From the NCBI RefSeq assembly GCF_009914755.1, contig NC_060939.1: a DNA stretch of 64,000 bases; one strand, given 5' to 3'. This document shows, piece after piece, positions 56,676-64,000 of this stretch. The position numbers and the translations under genes were made by a program. The stretch is from the human T2T-CHM13v2.0 reference genome, Homo sapiens. Within the stretch, counting starts at the first letter, position 1. The number at the start of each line of letters is the position of its first letter. The notes under the pieces are model-generated. The model was not told the DNA's origin and did not search any database. It saw only the letters and a program-made list of their open reading frames with translations.

Positions 56676-58149
56676 AAGGTTGATTTTCATGTGTGACAAG
56701 TGGAATCAGTATCATTACTTTGTAGTCACACTTCACGTTTTCCTAAATTACTGAATCAGGAGAAGATGAGAACGTCAAATTATTCTCTGAAGGGAACCTC
56801 ATCTGAGTAGATATTTTATTTTGTTGGAGTCTGATAAGTATTGATTCATGGATTGATGGACGGATTTGAATCTGAGCCTGTATCAGACTTGTTAGAACAC
56901 ACTTCTTACACTTCTTAATTAAACTTTTAGGGAAGCAGAGGAGATTCTTTTTGAATTAATATTAATAATTGATTGTCAGAAAACAAGATTCTTGGAAGCA
57001 GGGCTATTTTGGTTTTCTGTGGATTCAGATGTGAATTTAAATATTACCTTCCCCACACCACTGCTCTATTAAAAACATAAGTAAATGGGTCCCAGTGTAT
57101 TTGGTTTTTATTACTAATCTCAAAGACCATGGCGGTTGCCTTTTTATTCACGTTTACATTAGGGCTAACTCTTCTGGCCTCGCCTGTTCAGATCAATGTT
57201 CAGTGTGGGATCAGCAGTGTGGATAGAATTGACCTTCCCTGACCTCTTTTCCCTGGCATAAAGCTCGGAAAATGAAAATCAGAGGAACACTGGGCAGGCT
57301 GTTCAGCTTTCAGTAATCATGCAAAGCTAAAGCCTCTTTCTGCTCACTGCTTGAGGATATTAGACTTCAATATGCTGTGGGTCACACTGTCATAAACACT
57401 GAATTCTTAGGGAGCAAACAAATTTGGATAATCAGCATCTTAGAGTCCAGTCTACTGGGTACCTGAGAACTACAGCTTGTAGCAAAGAAGAGGTTTAAGA
57501 GGAAAAGCAGCAGAGGATCCCAAGACCTATTCTTGAGAAATAAGATAGATCATTCTTTCTCATGAGGGCAGGTGTTCTACTATCTCCTCAAATAGGGAAT
57601 GGGAGAGGGCAGGGCTGGAAGGAGGCCTAGGGAATAAGACACATGTCTTTTTGAGTCCTGATCAGTTGTCAGAATCCTGTTTTTTTGTTTGTTTTTTACA
57701 TTTGTCTAAATATAATACATTTTCTTATCCTGTAGGGAAGGCTTACCTGGCACAGATGAATTTTGAAAAACTGCCCCATCAGCAAGTAGGCAAGTTATTA
57801 CCTTGTTAATTAGGGTCACTGCTCACTAATAATTTAGCCAATAACATGGTATTTTTTTTAACAAGGCATTTATTGCATTTATTTCCTTTGGCTAGAGCTA
57901 TAATAAATACAGTGAAATTTATTAATTTATGAAGCTTTTATCTAACACAAATGCATTTGCCATGGTCCTAAATTTTCTTCAAGTCTTCGTATTCACATTC
58001 TATTGCCGTCATATTTTCTGAGCTCTGGAATAAAAGCTTTCCCCTCCCCAAGTAGGTTCGTCTAGGTATATAGTAATAATACCTAGCTTACAAGATTACT
58101 TTAAAAATTAAAGGAGATAATATATAGGAAATTGGCCTAAATACATACA

Positions 58150-59450
58150 GGAATTTAGTAATGGGGAAAAATAAATTATTCAATACATGGTGTTTAAACC
58201 ATAGGATAGCCATCTGAAGAAAAATTAAATTTTATCCCTACTTCACTTAAACTTATCTACATTTCACATGGTTTAAATATTTAATCACACACACACACAC
58301 ACACACACATACACACAAACACACATATAAGTAAACCATAAATGTAGTAGAGGAAAACATGAGCACCATGTTGGAGTTCGGATGGCCTTTGTAAACATAA
58401 TCCAAACACTATAACAAAAGGAAAGGTTTGATAACTATTGGCTACAGTAAATTCTTTAAAAATCTATCTGAGAAACAAAATGCCATAAAATGATAAAAGA
58501 AAAACTCGGGAAAATATCTGCAACTTACAACACAAAAAACTTATTCTCTTATTACATGAAGATCCCTATAAATCAGTAAGATAAAGACCAACAACTCAAA
58601 ATAAAAACGGACGAAAAATATGAATAGACAATTCATCAAAAAAGAAAGACAAATGGCTTATAACATGCCAAATCTAATTAATAAAAAGAAAATTGCAAAT
58701 TAATTGAGTTTTGCAAATGTTACAACTGTTATGTTTACCAATTGTTAACATTGTGTTATGTAAGCTTGTTAGAAAGAAAGCTATATAGATGTATAAATAA
58801 AATCTGTATAGATATATAAATATATATGTGTGTATATATAATACAAGAGCCTATAAAATACTATATTACACATTTAGTTGTCATATCTATTTAGTCTCCT
58901 TTAATCTAGGAATAATTTCTCAGCCTTTTAAATTTTTTTTGACATTTTTAAATAGCCAAGGCTAATTTCCTTATAGAGTGTCTCACAAAAACCAAGCCGG
59001 TATCAGAGAGCTCTCCTTCCCATTCCTGTTCCTTTACTATATTTTTACTTATTTCTGTAGGTACAATTTTATATTTTATGATTTATTTCTCCCTGTGTAT
59101 CTATAAGAGTAGATAGATAGGTAATTGATAGATATAGATATTTCCATAGTTTGTCTTTTTGTATATAGAAAGTTATAGTATACTATACATGCACTCTTCT
59201 GTGCTTTGCTTTTTTAACAAATAATATATTCATATCAATTTATAGAGATCATTCTCATCCTTTTGGATGGTTATATAATATGCTATTGTGTAGATGCACC
59301 ATGGTTTATTCAACCAAAATCTAGTGAGAGGTTTACAGGTTAATTCCAATATTTTGAAGTTACCATAATGCTGTAATAAATAACTTTATGCATATGTTGT
59401 TATAGAAGTAGATTTTTAGGGTGAACTATCAATTTTTGAGGCATATTGAT
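58150..59450. mobile_element. Old L1M fragments (plus-strand ORF2 ~58150-58700, then minus-strand 3'-end pieces); (CA)n at 58286-58325
   Basis: TTATTCAATACATGGTG...GGATAGCCATCTG...AAAAATATGAATAGACAATTCA; ATGCACCATGGTTTATTCAACCA. Confidence 0.65.
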
Positions 59451-60869
59451 AATGCTTTCATCAAGATGCCATTTGTGTATTTCATGATATTTTTATATAC
59501 TCCAGATACTGTTGGTAACCAGTCTACCTAAATGCCAGAAGTAATAATCAGTCACTAACATGTCAGGCAATATGCTAAGATCATTATAATATCTCTGCTA
59601 AAATATTATGGGTGTGTTATTTTATTAGGCCACACAAGCACAAGTAAAGGGCATACCATGCCCTCTTCTTCTTTCAGTTTTTCTATTCGTTTGATATTTG
59701 TCAAAAAGTGGGGAGACATGCCTTTTATATGCTTATAAACAAGTGATGGCTACTATTTAAGAATAACACACAACCCAAATAAACTCAAACATTAGGATCT
59801 TATGAAAGAGAAATCCAAGTAGGTTGACTCGGTGAAGAAATTTAATATCAAATCTTCCACTGAGAATTTCTCTAAAGCTCTGTAGAGACGCTTTGTATTT
59901 TCTGCAGTTTTATGGGAAGCCAGGAAGCTAGAAACACTTTATAAAGTCACCTTGGCCTCTTTGTAAAGCTATCCTACTTTGTAAGTGGTTGGTTTAGGTT
60001 GGTTTAAAAACACCAGAAGCAACAAATTCAACATGAATTTCATTTATTTTTGAAAAATTGAGTTTGGCTTTGGAAAATTTTGCTGGCGCTCTGTATATGT
60101 CTGTTTTGTAGTGACCCTAAAGAGAGCAGATAAACTGATGGCAAGAAGGAATGCAGGCCACCGAGCCTCCTCTGATTCTAACCCTATTTCTCATCTTGCC
60201 CTTTCTCACTGCTAGTCTTCTGCATCATTCACTCTCCAGGATTCTGCCTGCTCTTGCCCTGTGGAGGATCTGGGAGTGGAGATATTAGAGGCTCTGGGCA
60301 GTAAGTTGGAAGACAGTGCTGCCCACACACACAGCAGGCTCTGGGTGTGGGCTCCACTCCTGTCTTGGCAGTTTCTCAAACTTCTCTAACTTACCCTGTC
60401 CACTCTCCTCCTGCTATTCTATAGGATTCCGTCTAGGAACAAAAGCTTACTTACTATCTCATATTCTTCTAAATTTCTTATCTATGCTCACATGAATTCT
60501 TATTGTTCCCTTAGGGCTTGGCTTTTGAATCTCAAATACCAAAAACAATCTTCCTTACGCTATGTCATCCTTCCCTCAAGGCAATGCATGCAGACTGTGT
60601 GATTGATGGGAAGAATGATAAAGAAGAATCATATCCGAAAATATTAGGCATCTCTTCTTGCTCCAAGGCCCTGACTCCTTGTCCCATTATCCTCATCTTC
60701 TTCCCTTCCAAACCCAGTTAAAAAAAATCATCTGCCAAAGGAGAATCAAAAGTGATCTCACTTTCAAACTTATTATTTACTAGAGGACTATAAAACAACA
60801 GGAGCTTTATGTAAGTGTTTTTTAAGCCTCTTACGTCCATCATCCATCTCTTCTCCTTGGTCATTCCTC

Positions 60870-61070
60870 ATCTCAAAGCCCAAAGCCTGGTCTTTGGAGA
60901 CAAATAGAGGTGGAACTAAATCCTGGCTTTGCAAGAGAAATAAGATTTCATGCTCACTTTCAACATCTGTAAAATGGGGATAAAAATACCTATCTGAGAA
61001 ATTTCTGATTAAGACTCAATAAGATATATTTACAGTGTATAGAACAGCATAGGTGGTCAGTACATTCTCA
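60870..61070 (+). mobile_element. MIR SINE
   Basis: CATCTGTAAAATGGGGATAAAAATACCTA. Confidence 0.7.
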
Positions 61071-62079
61071 CCTCTGCCTCCTTCCCTCCTTTTGTTCTCT
61101 CTCCAAACACATATCTATTGCTTAAATATGATCATTAATAATAATAAGAGAAACAACAATAAAGTCAAAGATAACAAGTCACAATCCCTTAACCATCTTG
61201 ATGTTTTCATTCCCTAAGTTTCATTTACATCCAGTTCTGAAGGATCTCTGTAGTCTTTAGTGAAAAGATAAGCTTTTTGAATAACATTTCAGATTAAAGC
61301 AATCTAAAAACCAAAAAAAATACTCTTTCAGCTTCTGTGAAAGTATATTCTCTGTTTTCATTTTTAAATCTTGAGATCAAGGATTTGAGGTAGGGGCTAT
61401 TAAGGTAAAGATGAGAGGGAAGCAGAGAGAGAAAAAGAGGGATGAAGATAAGATGGGATGGTGTGGATAAAAGAAAGAGAGTTGTAAGCATAAAAGCATG
61501 AGGGTTATGGCTTGTCTTGCAAAATAGAACAGATGAAGTATCCTCTCCAAGACAATTTTCTTCTTTTCTTACCCTCTGTGCTAAGATAAATTTTCTTTTC
61601 GGATCATGATTATGGATTAATTTATGACTTCCCTTAATTGTCTGAGCAACGCAGGGTTAATGTCCTGGTAAGGACAAGTTCTCTTTTACTTTATGAGAGC
61701 AATCACTTAACGAAAATTAGGCTATTACTTTTTATCTCCTTCTCCTTGGCAATGCCTGATAGCATGGGACACTTCTGCAAATTTTCCTCCTCTTGCCTGT
61801 GTTAGGGAATAGATCTTTATTTGGCTTTGACACTTTGAAGATTTCCTGATAGTTGATAACAAGATTGAACTCCAGAAATGTCATCTGGTAAATCACATTG
61901 AAGCAGTATATCTTCCCAGGGCTGTGAAGGTTCTGTTTTTGAGTGAATGTTGGTTCTAGGAGAAGCTACCACTAGAAGGGAATTTAGAACTAGTAGATAC
62001 CCAAGGGTTATGGTGCCTTCTGCCATTTCCGAAAACATCGAACTAGTGCTGGGTGGAACATAGTGCTGTTGAAAAGTTT

Positions 62080-62245
62080 AGTTTGGAGCCATATATGTGC
62101 CTGGAATTGGTTCCTGGATCTCCAAGTGCCAGCTGTGTGGGTTAGAGCTTACTCTACTTACCCTTAGCTTCAGTTTCCTCATACATAAGATGGGAATAAA
62201 TATACTTGCTACTTTGTTGGATTCTATCATAAGTGATTGATTAAT
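62080..62245 (+). mobile_element. MIR SINE
   Basis: CTTCAGTTTCCTCATACATAAGATGGGAATAA. Confidence 0.65.
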
Positions 62246-62304
62246 TTACAGACAGTTACTGGATTCTACTCTGTATCAGATACTATATTAGTTTTTCAGG
62301 GGAT

Positions 62305-62725
62305 AGCTTAGGTTGAGATTGCCAGAAGTAGACCCTGAGACAAGGATTTGTGTGAGAGTGATTTGTAAAGGAATGCCTCCAGGAGAAACCTGTAACAGAA
62401 CAGTGGAAACAGCAAGGGAGAAGAAGAAAAGCAAGGGTGCCATTTCAGGCAAAGACCCATAGAGGGTGGCTTGAAGCTGATCTTGAAGGGGATCGCTGGA
62501 AAATAAGTTATGCTGCAGTATTTGTTCCCACCTATGGAAAAGGGATCTGGGCTTTCGTACTCCAGTACCAATCAGTCATTGGCTAAGGGCTGTCCCATGG
62601 GTGAAGGGTGAACATAAACTCAAGCCCTCCAAAGAGGGTTGCAGACACAGTCTGTTAGAAACAGAAGCATATGGAAGGCAGAGAAGAGAAACCAGGGATG
62701 GTAAAGGGGATTCCAGGAAATCCAA
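62305..62725. mobile_element. LTR16-like ERVL LTR inserted in L2
   Basis: CTTAGGTTGAG...CAGAAGTAGACCCTGAGACAAGGATTTGTGTG...CAATCAGTCATTGGCTAAGGGCTG. Confidence 0.65.
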
Positions 62726-62739
62726 ATGTTTCCTACTAA

Positions 62740-63190
62740 GAGATATAATAGTCAAAAGATAAACATGGTCTCTAACCTCATAGATTTTACACTCTTAATG
62801 GGGGAAACAGATAAGTAAACGGGCAATGCAGTGCTGTAAGGGCTGCTGTGGAGGAAGGTCAGGGTACTATGGAAGCGCAAGGAAGAAGCACTGGGAAAGG
62901 ATCAAGGAAGTCTGCCCAAAGGAAGTGATGTGTAGTTGATGAGTAGGACTTACCCCGGCAGAGTGGGAATGAAGGGTCTTCCAGGAAGAAGGACTGCCTG
63001 TGTATGGTTCAGAACAGGGAGTATGGCATATTTGAGGAGCTGAAGGAAATACAGTGTTGACTGGAGTGTACAGTGGAGGGTGGGGAAAGAGGAAGCATTG
63101 AGAAATGATGCTGTGGCAGCCAGCAGGATTCTGACAGCGCAGAGCTTGTAAGAGCTGAGTCAGAATTAGAAGAGGCATTGAAAGTTATAG
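62740..63190 (-). mobile_element. L2 LINE fragment
   Basis: ACATGGTCTCTAACCTCATAG...GGATCAAGGAAGTCTGCCC...TTCCAGGAAGAAGGA. Confidence 0.6.
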
Positions 63191-63702
63191 GCTTGGCGTC
63201 CCACTAATACTCTACAAATAATATCTAATGGTGGAAATAACAGCTGGTGGGAGAAGTAGTGTCATTAGCAGTATTACTATGACCACTACCTCTACTATTA
63301 CTACTCCCTTACAACTATTATTATTAAGTTGGGACCAAACTAAAGGCCTAGCTGTGTTACACTGTTTATGTGTTTATTATCTGTCTCTCTAAACAGCCTG
63401 TAACTTCCACAGGGTAGGAGTTGTGTGTTTTATCCAATTATTTGCATATTCAGCATAATATATTTGGTAAGTGAATAAAAAATGTTTCTGAGCCCTAGGC
63501 ATGCCAGAGGTTGGGGTGGGGGTGGGAAGGGAAGGCTAAAGATGAACTAGACAGTCTCCAGGCTCAAGGGTACATTCCTTTATTTACTCAATGGCTATTC
63601 ATTGAACACAATTTAGTAGTGCGTACTAAACCTTTGTTAGGTGCTGAGGATACAGTTACAAGGGACACAGATCCTTGTCGTCATGCAACTTACCATCTAG
63701 CA

Positions 63703-64000
63703 TCATGTTTCTCATTGGGCATGGTTCCACCCCATAGGGAGCATTTGGAAATTTGTGGGGACGTTTTGGGTTGTCACACTATTGGAGGATGCTGTTGGCA
63801 TTGGGATGGCAGAGAAGAGAGAGACTAGGTGTTCTACAATGTGCAGGACAGGCCCATGCAATGAAGAATTGTTCTTTATCCTGCATGATCTTTCAAACAT
63901 CTTGGGGAACAGGCGTGTAGGTGACAAAAGCTCTTTGCAATTAATCTACAATCAAACCGGTTAATATATAAACACGAAGTGGTTTTTGTATGATTTTATT
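63703..64000 (+). mobile_element. MER20/Charlie-like hAT DNA transposon fragment
   Basis: TTTTGGGTTGTCACAC...GATGCTGTTGGCATT...CTACAATGTGCAGGACAG...GAAGAATTG. Confidence 0.6.

Overview
Human genomic DNA. The species call rests on an L1HS-Ta insertion, which is human-specific, plus primate Alus and L1PA elements. The window reads as intergenic or deep-intronic, AT-rich and repeat-dense. I see no host protein-coding exon, RNA gene or CRISPR array; every long ORF in the track is LINE-1-derived or comes from low-complexity or Alu sequence. Main contents: (1) a young 5'-truncated L1HS Ta-0 at 132-1478 (-) with a 15-bp TSD; (2) a near full-length, inactivated L1PA4-6 (best guess L1PA5) at 27523-33504 (+) that keeps the 129-bp ZNF93-target segment but has lost its YY1 site and ORF0 start codon; (3) six Alus, older L1s, MaLR/ERVL LTRs, MIR/L2 relics, a Tigger3a and a piggyBac MER85 MITE; (4) a small CpG-rich patch with a strong CTCF motif at about 41.7-41.9 kb and several enhancer-like unique segments. 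The most unusual structure is a hidden ~220-bp-arm palindrome at 49534-51088. It is masked by an L1 in one arm and an MLT1 LTR inserted exactly at its centre, and the LTR 5' end is itself mirrored. A speculative 37-aa signal-peptide-like smORF with a strong Kozak context lies at 57129-57242. Repeat subfamily names come from recalled consensus sequences, and boundaries of old repeats are approximate.
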